Below are positions 14,578 through 24,337 of a stretch of 64,000 bases of DNA, piece by piece (the stretch's first letter is position 1; each line of letters starts with the position of its first letter). The stretch is from the IMG/VR virus record IMGVR_UViG_3300013004_000034. One strand, 5' to 3'. This stretch comes from a virus. Lineage: Duplodnaviria > Heunggongvirae > Uroviricota > Caudoviricetes. The translations under genes were made by a program, and so were the position numbers. The notes under the pieces are model-generated. The model saw only the letters and a program-made list of their open reading frames with translations, was not told where the DNA came from and did not search any database.

Positions 14578-15231
14578 TTAAAAAGTAGAAGAGGCTTCAA
14601 CAGCCACAAAATAGGTAGCCTCAACACCAACAAATTGAGAGATACCCTTCGAAGAGATTCTGACCTGATAGTCGCCATCAATCAGCTTGATGTTCTCTGC
14701 TCGGAATACAGCACGGAAGGTCCGATCAGTATCACCAAGTCCGACGCTGAATGCATCCGCCGAAGGATTCTTCACATCAATAGCCTGAATGGTAAGTTCA
14801 GTGCCGTCACCAACAATAGCAAGTTCCGGAAGTCCCAGAACACTCATGGCCTTCAGCACATCCTGAAAAGCCTTGTTGGTAATCAAACATTCCACCTCAA
14901 CAGAAGGAAGCTTGATATCCTTCTCGGGAGGCGCCAAGATAATGGCAGGATCGCTGTAGTGATAGGTAATGGCAGACTTACCACCGCGGATTACAGCAGC
15001 ACCATCACCAAACTCAACGTCAGGATCCTGGAAGAGAGACAGAGCGCTAAGGAATCGGTTTAGCGCATAGATAGGCACCTGTCGATCAAATGTGTCGGGC
15101 ACTGTAGCCTTAGCAAGTACAGTCTTGTTTGCCGCAATCGAAGCCAGGACATTACCTGGCTTGATCACGATGGACGGATTGATAGTAGAAAAATTCTTCA
15201 GAATTTGAATAGTCTTAGGGGAAAGCTTCAA
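14578..15231 (-). CDS. 45: sliding clamp (gp45-like)
   Basis: The N-terminus MKLSPKTIQILKNFSTINPSIVIK matches T4 gp45 MKLSKDTTALLKNFATINSGIMLK, and the size is right. Confidence 0.75.
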   Translation of the reverse strand: MKLSPKTIQILKNFSTINPSIVIKPGNVLASIAANKTVLAKATVPDTFDRQVPIYALNRFLSALSLFQDPDVEFGDGAAVIRGGKSAITYHYSDPAIILAPPEKDIKLPSVEVECLITNKAFQDVLKAMSVLGLPELAIVGDGTELTIQAIDVKNPSADAFSVGLGDTDRTFRAVFRAENIKLIDGDYQVRISSKGISQFVGVEATYFVAVEASSTF

Positions 15232-15274
15232 GTCAAATCTCCATCATATAGGGTGCGTACAAGGCCATTATATA

Positions 15275-16123
15275 CTACTTCTTCGGCTTCCTCAACATAG
15301 AAGCGTCGGCCGTAGCAGGAGCTCCGATCTGAGCAAGATCAACAAGAGAGCCACCAAAGATATAAGCGCCAACGTGCTGCAGCTTCATCCAAGGGCAGTA
15401 ATAAATCTTTCTATCAATTTCCTGTAGCTTCTGGCAGAACCAGTAGTCTTCCGACAAATAGCGCTTCGACTTCGGATCAATCTCAGCCTGGAAGTATTGC
15501 ATAATCTCACGGCTACCGTCAAAGTGCTCAGTACGAACATGATCCGGCTTATAGCTATACTGAGGATATGCCTCATTGAACTTCTCAAATGCGGAACGTC
15601 TAGTCATCATGAAGCCCGTGCCGACTTCGGAGACTTCAACCGGCTGATCAATTCGAATTGATCCGGCGCCAGCCTTAGGATTGAAGACGTAGTCGCCAAC
15701 ATAGCGCTCAAGGACATTGGGATCTTCATCCGCCATACCCTTGTCAACTGCCATCTTGATCTTTTCCCACGAAATGCACTTCTTAGGATAAGGACCGGCA
15801 AGGACGTCATATTCAGACTCATCGGACTGTAGAGCCAACATTGCCAGCACGTCACGAGGATCAAAGCCAATGTCTGAGTCGATGAACATAAGATGATCGG
15901 CATCTGACCGCATAAACTCGTCAACAATATAGTTTCGAGCACGCGTGATCAAACTCTCGTTAAACAAAAAGTAAGAACGCATGTTGATGCCGTGGTTGGT
16001 ACACATGGCGGTCAAGTCAGCTACAGACTTAGTGAACATACCAGCACACTGCCCACCGTACATGGGCACGCCAAGAAATAGCTTACGCTTACGCAGTTCT
16101 TCAATTGAGATAGAAATTTCCAT
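15275..16123 (-). CDS. glycosyltransferase (GT-A-like, DxD)
   Basis: FIDSDIGF contains a DxD motif and the fold looks nucleotide-sugar binding. Confidence 0.4.
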   Translation of the reverse strand: MEISISIEELRKRKLFLGVPMYGGQCAGMFTKSVADLTAMCTNHGINMRSYFLFNESLITRARNYIVDEFMRSDADHLMFIDSDIGFDPRDVLAMLALQSDESEYDVLAGPYPKKCISWEKIKMAVDKGMADEDPNVLERYVGDYVFNPKAGAGSIRIDQPVEVSEVGTGFMMTRRSAFEKFNEAYPQYSYKPDHVRTEHFDGSREIMQYFQAEIDPKSKRYLSEDYWFCQKLQEIDRKIYYCPWMKLQHVGAYIFGGSLVDLAQIGAPATADASMLRKPKK

Positions 16124-16446
16124 TACTTATCCTTTTCATAATGTGTGTTGTGGTAGTTTAAAGCAAGTACAGTATAGTGAAGGACCTTCATTAGATCATC
16201 CTTACTATGACCATTCTTTTTACCATATCTTGATGCATACTTGATGATATTGCCCATGTAGAATCCTTCTCCATGCCCTGACGAGACTATAAGGTCTTGT
16301 GCTTGGACACGGTCACCGTAGTGACTACCATAGGACTTTTTGATATATGCATGAAGTTCGTCTAGGATATTACCCTCATTGTACTTGAATGGGGTGTCCT
16401 TCAACTGTGGATATTTATCACTCAAATCCATCGGTATCCTTTCCAA
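16123..16446 (-). CDS. DUF3310-like phage protein
   Basis: The motif SGHGEGFYMGNIIKYASRYGKK is present. Confidence 0.3.
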   Translation of the reverse strand: MERIPMDLSDKYPQLKDTPFKYNEGNILDELHAYIKKSYGSHYGDRVQAQDLIVSSGHGEGFYMGNIIKYASRYGKKNGHSKDDLMKVLHYTVLALNYHNTHYEKDK

Positions 16447-17287
16447 AGGTATTGCTAAATGTAACTTTTTGCTCTAATTCACGAGCATCCTTCTTGTAGA
16501 GCTTCCTATACTTGTTGTTGGAGCTAATGACTTCCTTCAACACAGTCATATCTACACCAAGACCATCTGCAAAGTGAGCCAAAGCAGATGTATCCTTAGG
16601 GAAACAAGCACCACCATAGCCTCGCCTACCATCAAAGCCAGGAACTGTTGTGTGAGAACGACCAACACGACTATCAGCCGTAATAGCACCTACGACTTTA
16701 CCGAAATTAGATCCATGCTTGTTGACCACATCATAAAACTGATTGAACCACAGGACCTTACTAGCAAGATAGCTGTTAATGCCATACTTAACAAAACTTG
16801 CTTCTACTGCGGTCATATGATATGTCGGGCAAGGCTTACAGATGCTATAGAACTTATATAGATGTTCTACTTTTTCCGTAGCTGTAGGATTGCCACCAAG
16901 AATATGCATGAAAGGATTGACAAAATCCTCATTTGCACTCTTTTCGGTAAGGAACTCTGGATTATACACCATCCGATCAGATGAGTCAACCATATTAAGT
17001 AGATTTTCGATGATATCCGGAGTCACAGTTGACTTGATAATGATTGTTACACTCGGATGAAGCTTGAGCTTCTCAATAACATTGTTGATGATTGATGCAT
17101 CAATCTTTCCGTCTGCTCCCATAGGAGTAGGAACACAGACAAAAGCATAAGAAATATCTAGAGTCAGAAGATCATCAACTGAATTTCCATACTTCGGATC
17201 AATGATGATCTTCTGACACATATTATCAGGGAAGCCATAATCTACAGCCTTCCCAACAAATCCATGCCCGATAATTGCAATTTGCAT
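16418..17287 (-). CDS. UDP-sugar 6-dehydrogenase family protein (short form)
   Basis: The N-terminal Rossmann sequence MQIAIIGHGFVGKAVDYGF is followed by the VPTP and GGACFPKD catalytic-Cys signatures. Confidence 0.55.
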   Translation of the reverse strand: MQIAIIGHGFVGKAVDYGFPDNMCQKIIIDPKYGNSVDDLLTLDISYAFVCVPTPMGADGKIDASIINNVIEKLKLHPSVTIIIKSTVTPDIIENLLNMVDSSDRMVYNPEFLTEKSANEDFVNPFMHILGGNPTATEKVEHLYKFYSICKPCPTYHMTAVEASFVKYGINSYLASKVLWFNQFYDVVNKHGSNFGKVVGAITADSRVGRSHTTVPGFDGRRGYGGACFPKDTSALAHFADGLGVDMTVLKEVISSNNKYRKLYKKDARELEQKVTFSNTFGKDTDGFE

Positions 17288-18249
17288 TAGTTCACTCCAT
17301 AATAATGCTTATACCACTCAGCAAATTTAGCCACACCTGCAGGAATAGAAGTTGTAGGCTTCCACCCGAGTGACTGAAGCTTACTGGTGTCAGACCAGGT
17401 CTCTAAAGTATCTGCCGGATGTTGGGGTATCAAGTTCTTCTTAATCTCACGACCAAAGTTCTTTTCAATCTCAGAGATAAAGTCCATGAGATTAACCTGA
17501 CGACCGCGGCCGATGTTGTAGATCTCATTCATAGGTACTTCGAGCGCTACAATCCGATTGACAACTAGATTTATGCCTGAGACAATATCATCCACATAAG
17601 TGAAGTCACGTTTCATGTTTCCGAAGTTGAAAACATCGATGGTCTTGTCATTCACAGCAGCATCTGCAAACTGAAAGAGCGCCATATCAGGTCGACCATA
17701 CGGACCATAAACTGTAAAGAATCGAAGTCCGATGGTGTTCTGAAGACCCGAAGTCATGAACTGGCATTCGTTCATGCGCTTAGTATAGCCATACGGATTG
17801 AGTTGATGACCGGTAGGCATATCTTCAACCCATGGCAAAGGATTGCCAGCCATAACACATGAAGTAGAAGCATAGATGACCTTCTTGATCTTCTTTGCCT
17901 TACAGAATTCAATAAGGTTCTGCGTGCCCACTACATTGTTGTCGATGTATTCCATTGCATTATCATACGAGTGTCGAACACCTACTGATGCCGCAAGATG
18001 AATCACCAAATCAAATTCCATGAGCTTGAAGTACTCTTCAAGCCTATTCTTGTCTCTAAGATCCTTCTTTACTACCGGAACACCATAGGACTCGTCAAGG
18101 ATTCCCGCTCGTGTCTTCTTGAGATCCACATCATAGTAGTCACTAAAGTTGTCCAACCCGAACACGGTGTGCTCAGGATTATCGGACAGGCGCTTGCAAA
18201 GATGAAAGCCAATGAAGCCAGCGGCTCCAGTAACAAGGATCCTAGTCAT
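17287..18249 (-). CDS. NAD-dependent nucleotide-sugar epimerase/dehydratase (SDR)
   Basis: TGAAGFIGFHL, YGYTKRMNE (YxxxK), and 320 aa. Confidence 0.7.
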   Translation of the reverse strand: MTRILVTGAAGFIGFHLCKRLSDNPEHTVFGLDNFSDYYDVDLKKTRAGILDESYGVPVVKKDLRDKNRLEEYFKLMEFDLVIHLAASVGVRHSYDNAMEYIDNNVVGTQNLIEFCKAKKIKKVIYASTSCVMAGNPLPWVEDMPTGHQLNPYGYTKRMNECQFMTSGLQNTIGLRFFTVYGPYGRPDMALFQFADAAVNDKTIDVFNFGNMKRDFTYVDDIVSGINLVVNRIVALEVPMNEIYNIGRGRQVNLMDFISEIEKNFGREIKKNLIPQHPADTLETWSDTSKLQSLGWKPTTSIPAGVAKFAEWYKHYYGVN

Positions 18250-19214
18250 CAGTAATTCTTTCGTCCCTGCGGATATACAAGTTCAGAGTAATCAACATCC
18301 TCATGTGCTTGATCGGTGTTCCACTCACGGATCAGCTTCATGCCATAGTTATCAGTCTTGTTCAAAATCTTCACGTCCTTCTTAAGGATCAACGGATTCA
18401 GTCGGGCTGGCTGACCGTTCTTATTCACGATGGCTTCAAGGTCAACGTGATGATGTATTCTACCATACCTTTCCTGCAAAGTCACCACATCAGGATGCAT
18501 TTCGACAAGCATTTGTGACTTACGAAGTGATGCATCAGCTTCATAGTTGTTATAGACTTCAGATGTGTTGCCGCCCTTAACAGTACCAGTCCTAGCCTTA
18601 CCACACAGGAAAGAATAGAAAAGCATCGTACAGAGGCCTTCCTTGAGCACTCGGATAGACAAGTCAACGTCTTCGTTGTAGCGACCACGCCACTTGTGTG
18701 GGCAATTATTATCAATCAAGAAGCATGACATGATACGCGTATTCAAGATGTAAGGAGGATACGGATAGTCGTCGACACAGAAGAACTTATACTGAAGACC
18801 TGCCAGTGCTACATTCTCGAAGCGATCTACAAAATCTTCAGTCGAGCGGAAGCAAGCAGAGCCTTGTTCAACACGATACCGCTTGTTTTGGTGAAAGCGC
18901 CAGAACTCAAAGATGTTATCATCCATAAGCCAATGTCGATCATAACCGTGAGCTTGAGAATGTTCCCAACACCAGTTACGAGCAGGACCAGAACCCTTTC
19001 CGTGATTACTGAATGGAAGAGTCAGGACCTTCTTGGGATCAATAACCGCTGCATAGTTATCGTACTCTTGTGGCTCGACTGCAATCATGTAGTCGACACC
19101 CATACGATCTAGAGCTTTACTAGTATACCTAGTATCCCAGCGGCCCTTCGAAATGATATAGATCGGATAGCGCTGAGTGGTAGGATGAAAGATCTTATCA
19201 GACATCTTCAACAA
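18249..19214 (-). CDS. hypothetical protein; possible glycosyltransferase (WLMDDN)
   Basis: 321 aa in the sugar cluster with a DxD-like motif. Confidence 0.3.
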   Translation of the reverse strand: MLKMSDKIFHPTTQRYPIYIISKGRWDTRYTSKALDRMGVDYMIAVEPQEYDNYAAVIDPKKVLTLPFSNHGKGSGPARNWCWEHSQAHGYDRHWLMDDNIFEFWRFHQNKRYRVEQGSACFRSTEDFVDRFENVALAGLQYKFFCVDDYPYPPYILNTRIMSCFLIDNNCPHKWRGRYNEDVDLSIRVLKEGLCTMLFYSFLCGKARTGTVKGGNTSEVYNNYEADASLRKSQMLVEMHPDVVTLQERYGRIHHHVDLEAIVNKNGQPARLNPLILKKDVKILNKTDNYGMKLIREWNTDQAHEDVDYSELVYPQGRKNY

Positions 19215-19554
19215 TCCTATTCATATTGTTCTTCTCACGGCCCTTGTCGGGAAACCAAATCACTGCGGTCTTTTCAGTCAGCTGCATGTTGACTAGTTCA
19301 GCAAATGCTTGCCGATCTTCCATAGTCTTAAACTTGAGCTTGATCTGTTTATATGGAGATAAGTCACCGGTGACAAACGAAGGCATACCTGCCGCATACC
19401 ACTGCATGTATGGATTGCGCCAGTTGTCTTGCAACTCTTGCGCCGATCTAGCAATAAGTTTCATTATATAGCCCTTAGAAAAAATTAAGGAGTCCGTTAT
19501 CTTTTTCCTTAGAAAAGATAACTGTATTGGTCTTGGGCCCAGGTACTTCATCAA
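19198..19554 (-). CDS. hypothetical protein
   Basis: 118-aa ORF. Confidence 0.3.
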   Translation of the reverse strand: MMKYLGPRPIQLSFLRKKITDSLIFSKGYIMKLIARSAQELQDNWRNPYMQWYAAGMPSFVTGDLSPYKQIKLKFKTMEDRQAFAELVNMQLTEKTAVIWFPDKGREKNNMNRIVEDV

Positions 19555-19774
19555 TGAGCTTCATAAACTCGATGAAGTCCTTCTCGGAGCGAAAGTTCAC
19601 ATAGAGATTTTGCCAGTCCTCAGGGAAGTCTGGATCAACGGGCTTCGGTTTAATGTGCAGCTTGTGTTCTGCTTGCTCACCAAGAAACAGAGACAGGTCC
19701 GTTGGGATCGTCTCCTTGGCTTTATAACCTACTAAGTCTTCATAGTCAATGGAAGTATCACGAACTTCTGTCAC
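19475..19774 (-). CDS. hypothetical protein
   Basis: 99-aa ORF. Confidence 0.3.
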   Translation of the reverse strand: MTEVRDTSIDYEDLVGYKAKETIPTDLSLFLGEQAEHKLHIKPKPVDPDFPEDWQNLYVNFRSEKDFIEFMKLIDEVPGPKTNTVIFSKEKDNGLLNFF

Positions 19775-19854
19775 AGATTGTCTCCAAGTAGAAATTGTAT
19801 CCTAGTTTATTTAGACGGTATGGATTAGGATACAATTTCTCGATGTTTATGTTG

Positions 19855-20229
19855 TCAACCGAAAACCGCGGCCTTGGTGTCAGGCGGTGTCCAACCATCG
19901 GGCTTCAAGATCTTACCATCGGCACGACGGATGACCTTGCCATCAACAAGCTTTGCCATATTAGACCGATGGACTTCATCAAATACCCGATTAAGCGGGA
20001 TGCCATAGGATACTGCAGTGCCACAAGCAATGTAAATGATATCTGCCAGAGCATCGGCAATCTCTACAATATCATCCTCACTTTCGGCTTGCATATACTC
20101 GTTATATTCCTCGGTGAGAAGTCGGCGCCGCAAGTCACGCTCATTCTCATCAGGGAGCTTTGGTTCAGTTCCGACATTCAGCTCGCAAGCAATCTGGAAC
20201 TTCTTAACATCGTTGTACATATCAGTCAT
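19855..20229 (-). CDS. MazG-like nucleotide pyrophosphohydrolase (gp56 dCTPase-like?)
   Basis: An all-alpha protein with clustered acidic residues (EEYNEYMQAESEDDIVE). Confidence 0.45.
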   Translation of the reverse strand: MTDMYNDVKKFQIACELNVGTEPKLPDENERDLRRRLLTEEYNEYMQAESEDDIVEIADALADIIYIACGTAVSYGIPLNRVFDEVHRSNMAKLVDGKVIRRADGKILKPDGWTPPDTKAAVFG

Positions 20230-20356
20230 GCAAAATAACTCCGTTCATTACACAAGCACCGGCATTGAGGCAAGATAAACAGAACTAAAAATCCTTTAAA
20301 AATTGAATGTTCTAACTGCTATAAAATGTATGACCCTGGTAACTTTAAAAGGCATC

Positions 20357-20899
20357 TTACGCGTTTAGCCATGGCGGAGGATCCCGCCTAGTATAAGCGT
20401 GAAGTTTCTTCTTACCAAGCTTGTAATAGTTTCTGTAGTTGGTAAGAGGATCAGTGCTAATAACATACTGATCATCCATAGCAGATGGAATCTTAGTCAT
20501 CTCATAAGCACGAAGATTGAGAGGCGGCGATGCCAGCATATATGCCATCTCACCATGAAAGCACTTATGGATTTTGTTATAGCGATGGGTATATTCTTGG
20601 CCAAGAGCATGAAAATGCTCATACAGCCAGTTATAATTCTTGACCGCAGTACGAGCCCAGACGGCCGAAGGATGGTTAACATGCGTTGCCACATAGATAA
20701 CACCGTTACGAGCATCTGGCAGTTCAAAGCGCTTAACATTGCGCCCAGTTGCCGTCTTACCGGTAAACATACGGCCGTCAAGGACACGATGTGCGGTAGA
20801 AAGCAACTGAGCGGATTCTAGAATCATCTTTACTACATGCTTGTCAACCATCCACTTAGCTGCTTGGTGTGGATCACGATCGATGTAGAAGATATTCAC
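20357..20899 (-). CDS. hypothetical protein
   Basis: 180-aa ORF. Confidence 0.3.
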   Translation of the reverse strand: MNIFYIDRDPHQAAKWMVDKHVVKMILESAQLLSTAHRVLDGRMFTGKTATGRNVKRFELPDARNGVIYVATHVNHPSAVWARTAVKNYNWLYEHFHALGQEYTHRYNKIHKCFHGEMAYMLASPPLNLRAYEMTKIPSAMDDQYVISTDPLTNYRNYYKLGKKKLHAYTRRDPPPWLNA

Positions 20900-20925
20900 G
20901 GTGGTCTCCGTTGGTTACAGATTGA

Positions 20926-21450
20926 CTATACCATAGAAGTCTTGAACTGTAAACCCTTAAATTTCTTCTTCCACTTCCTCAGTGCCTGCTCTCGGTGAAA
21001 AAAGTTAGCCTTCGTGTAGAAAGGCTCACCCGAGAGAATGTCCATACAATGCTGGAAAGTCCTAGCAGTAAGGCCTTCAAATACATCAGTCCTAGTCTCA
21101 CCATTAGGAGTCATAAAGCGAACCCTGATGGTCTTAGGACGCTTAATCTTTACAATGAGACCTGGATAAGAGAGTGAAGTCTCTTCAAGGACTATCTGTT
21201 CATCACTCTTAAAGACAATTCGTGGATTGAAACAGACAAAGTTCTCTGGGGCTCCACGCATAGCAAATGCCTGAACATCAACCCCAACTTGAGGTGCTGC
21301 TAGACAAATACCACCTGCATCGTACATGGTCTTTACCAGACTTTGAGCAAATTCAATAGGCTCAAACGGCGGATTTAGAAAATTGAATGGCGCTCCAGCG
21401 CCTAACTCTGCACCAAAATTCACAGCTCGCCTCATAATATCCATATTCAT
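20926..21450 (-). CDS. peptide deformylase-like protein with altered catalytic motifs
   Basis: Motif 1 GGICLAAPQVG is conserved. Motif 2 EGCLS is replaced by EETSLS, and motif 3 HExxH by QHCMD. Confidence 0.4.
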   Translation of the reverse strand: MNMDIMRRAVNFGAELGAGAPFNFLNPPFEPIEFAQSLVKTMYDAGGICLAAPQVGVDVQAFAMRGAPENFVCFNPRIVFKSDEQIVLEETSLSYPGLIVKIKRPKTIRVRFMTPNGETRTDVFEGLTARTFQHCMDILSGEPFYTKANFFHREQALRKWKKKFKGLQFKTSMV

Positions 21451-22571
21451 TATTCCTTTCTCCCACCTTCATACAAGAACACAGCAACCGGAAAGCGGGG
21501 AATGCCATCGGGCGTCAAACGAAAATAGCGAATGGTAGCTTCAGAGCTATTGCCAATGTACTTGTGCTTCTCTTCCAGAAGCTTACGGGAATAGTCATGT
21601 GAACCCTTAATGCCGGCACCAAAGATTCTACCATCCTCCTTCTTCAGAGTGACGCGACCAGCAATGCCACCACGATTGCCCTTGCCTTCAACAATGTCAA
21701 CGATCTCATACTCTTCGTCAATAAACTCCTTGCGCTTCAGCAGCGTATTGCAGCGCTTATTGTGATAGGTATCGTTGATGCGAACAATTTCACCTTCGTA
21801 GTTAGCTTCAAGATACTGCTCGTAGTTAGCATCAATCTCTTCAAGACTGGTAACTTCATCAGTACGAACATACTGAATGATGCCACATTCACTACTTACC
21901 CGAGCGGTGGCAATAAAGCGCTCAGCAAAGGTTTGTTCGGTATCACTGGTAATGTCGTAGATATGAAACTGAAGCATTTTGCGAGACTTGGCAAGATCTT
22001 CCTCAGTAGGCTTGGTACGACGAGCAATGCTCATGAGCTCATCAAAGTCTTCATGCAGCTCGTGATTATAAAGCTCTCCGTCATACACGCGAGAGTCATC
22101 AACATCCCAATAGCCATTGGCAAGCATATATTCATGGATATGAGGTGCAGACAGCACTCGCTTACCTGCCCGAGAAAACATGCCAGACAATGTCACTACA
22201 CACCGCATGCCATCCAGCTTGGGCTGGGACCAAGTCCTAGTCTTGAAGTTGATCTTCTTAACTCGGTCATTGTACTTAGCGGCAAGCATGGGCTTGAAGT
22301 AGATGTCATTGTCTACATCCTCAAGCCGCTCGAAGTAGTCAAGCTCGAGCTTCTTCTTGTACTTAGCCTTCACTTCAAGAACGGCCTGCTCTTCGGCAGT
22401 TGTTCCGTTCTTCTTGCCCGTATTCTTCGGCTGACACTTATGCCAACCAGAAGTTACCTTCAGTCCATCAATCTGGCCAGACACAGTACGCCAGGAATCA
22501 CCTTCAACTTCCTGGTGCCAGACTTGGATAGCACCGGTGGAAGTCCGCTTGTAAAGCGTAGGGAAAATCAT
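21450..22571 (-). CDS. ATP-dependent DNA ligase
   Basis: Motif I is PKLDGMRCV and the C-terminus GIPRFPVAVFLYEGGRKE resembles small viral ligases. Confidence 0.65.
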   Translation of the reverse strand: MIFPTLYKRTSTGAIQVWHQEVEGDSWRTVSGQIDGLKVTSGWHKCQPKNTGKKNGTTAEEQAVLEVKAKYKKKLELDYFERLEDVDNDIYFKPMLAAKYNDRVKKINFKTRTWSQPKLDGMRCVVTLSGMFSRAGKRVLSAPHIHEYMLANGYWDVDDSRVYDGELYNHELHEDFDELMSIARRTKPTEEDLAKSRKMLQFHIYDITSDTEQTFAERFIATARVSSECGIIQYVRTDEVTSLEEIDANYEQYLEANYEGEIVRINDTYHNKRCNTLLKRKEFIDEEYEIVDIVEGKGNRGGIAGRVTLKKEDGRIFGAGIKGSHDYSRKLLEEKHKYIGNSSEATIRYFRLTPDGIPRFPVAVFLYEGGRKE

Positions 22572-22627
22572 GATATATCCTCTTCGTGTGAGCTCATGGT
22601 ACTACATTACAGTGTGTTTGTCAACCG

Positions 22628-24337
22628 CTATTGATCACTTTTTGAGAAATTTTGATGCTTGACGAACTTGATGACATTTTCAAACTTGTCATGTAGGTTC
22701 TCTCGGTGAGAGATGATGAAAACGTTAGATTCACGACTGATGGCCTGAAGTATTTTTAGCAAGTCGTCGGCTGCGGTTTGATCCAAACTTGAGTCAAATA
22801 CTTCATCCAGAATCAATAGATTCGTGTTCAATGAATTTCTGAGTTTAGCAACTGCTCTCCAAGTAAACAACAGGGCCAGGTCGATCTTTTGCTTCTCACC
22901 CTCACTGAATGATGCATAGGAAAATTCGTCTCGGTGTCTAGACTTTATGACTTCGTTGAATTGTTCATCTAGATTAAATTGTACAAACAGATCAAATTCA
23001 CTCAAGTACTTGTTAATTAGCTTGTTGATGATCGGAATGTATTGATTGACTATCTTAGTCTTAATACCGCCATCCTTGAGCATCATAGTTGCGGCGGCAA
23101 GAACTTGTTTGTCTTCTTGCAACTCATTATACTTGATCGTAAGTTCATGCAGAGAAGATTCAAAGTCCGCTACCTTGGACTCACCGGTAAAGTTAGTCTC
23201 ACTCTCGGCCTCTTCAATCTCCTTATTAATAGATTGAATCTGATCCCTGTACATCTTGATTCGTAGAGTCTCGTGAGAGATATCAGTCATCAAGTTATTA
23301 TATTGTGTGTCAAGATCAATCAGTTCCGCTAGCTGTGCATGAACCGCAAGGTATCTCTCTCCTAATTGTCTTAATCCATCCTCAATCTGACTGATTTCGG
23401 TGGTTCTGTGGTCGATTATCTCACAGCTGAACTTTTTATCAATACCTTGTTTGCATGTAGGACAATTGGAGTTGGTCTTGAAAAATTCCATTTCTTTTTC
23501 AAGTGTGGTAGATTTAGATTCCATCTGAACCTTAATGGACTTCATCTTGTCTAGCTTGGACTGTAGTCCAGTTATACCTATAGTCTTCTCAATTAAAGAA
23601 TCGGCCTGAGTTTTAAGTGCCGATCTACTTTCAATAATTTCCTTGACTTTAGACTCTAGATCTTGAACAGTGGTCAACTTTTCTCTGATGAATTGCTCAC
23701 TTTTGGACTTTATTTCCGTCAGGTGAGCTCTCAGTAGCTTTATCTTTTCATTGATAAGCCTCTGTTCATTACTACATTCAACTATCTTATCTACATTTTC
23801 TTGAATCTGAGACTTGAGCAACGTATTCATCACTGTAAAGACTTGTAAGTCTAGAAGGTCTTCAATGATGGCTCGTCTTTGTCCGGCAGGCAACTGCATG
23901 AATGGAACAAATGATGCAGACCCAAGAACAACTACCTGACAGAATGACTTGTAGTTTGTCTTTAAGATCTTTCGTTCAAGTAACTCTTGATAGTCCTTCA
24001 TCTCAGCATCTTGGTTGAGAAGGACATCATTACAGTAGACTTCAAAGATATTAGGCTTCATGCCTCTGCTGATTACATATGAGTTCTTACCGATTCTGAA
24101 CTCTAGTTCAACAAGCATATCACGGTTAGTAATGCTATTGATGAGCTGAGGCTTGTTGATATTACGGAAAGGCTTACCGAATAGGGCAAATGTCAGAGCA
24201 TCAAGAACTGTAGACTTACCTGCGCCGTTTTCACCAACTATAAGAGTAGTCCCAGGAACACTCAGATCAAGTTCCGTGAACGAGTTACCAGTAGAAAGCA
24301 GATTTTTCCATCTGATCTTACCGAAGAATATTGCCAT
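22628..24337 (-). CDS. 46: recombination exonuclease subunit (gp46 / SbcC-Rad50-like)
   Basis: Walker A GENGAGKST at the N-terminus, a long coiled coil with CPTC zinc hook, and a C-terminal signature/D-loop region. Confidence 0.75.
   Translation of the reverse strand: MAIFFGKIRWKNLLSTGNSFTELDLSVPGTTLIVGENGAGKSTVLDALTFALFGKPFRNINKPQLINSITNRDMLVELEFRIGKNSYVISRGMKPNIFEVYCNDVLLNQDAEMKDYQELLERKILKTNYKSFCQVVVLGSASFVPFMQLPAGQRRAIIEDLLDLQVFTVMNTLLKSQIQENVDKIVECSNEQRLINEKIKLLRAHLTEIKSKSEQFIREKLTTVQDLESKVKEIIESRSALKTQADSLIEKTIGITGLQSKLDKMKSIKVQMESKSTTLEKEMEFFKTNSNCPTCKQGIDKKFSCEIIDHRTTEISQIEDGLRQLGERYLAVHAQLAELIDLDTQYNNLMTDISHETLRIKMYRDQIQSINKEIEEAESETNFTGESKVADFESSLHELTIKYNELQEDKQVLAAATMMLKDGGIKTKIVNQYIPIINKLINKYLSEFDLFVQFNLDEQFNEVIKSRHRDEFSYASFSEGEKQKIDLALLFTWRAVAKLRNSLNTNLLILDEVFDSSLDQTAADDLLKILQAISRESNVFIISHRENLHDKFENVIKFVKHQNFSKSDQ

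Noticed and set aside
19830-19852. Sigma70 promoter at the TTGACA near 19846
   Set aside because: No acceptable -10 lies at 16-18 bp. It may be a MotA-type middle promoter, but that cannot be supported from sequence alone.
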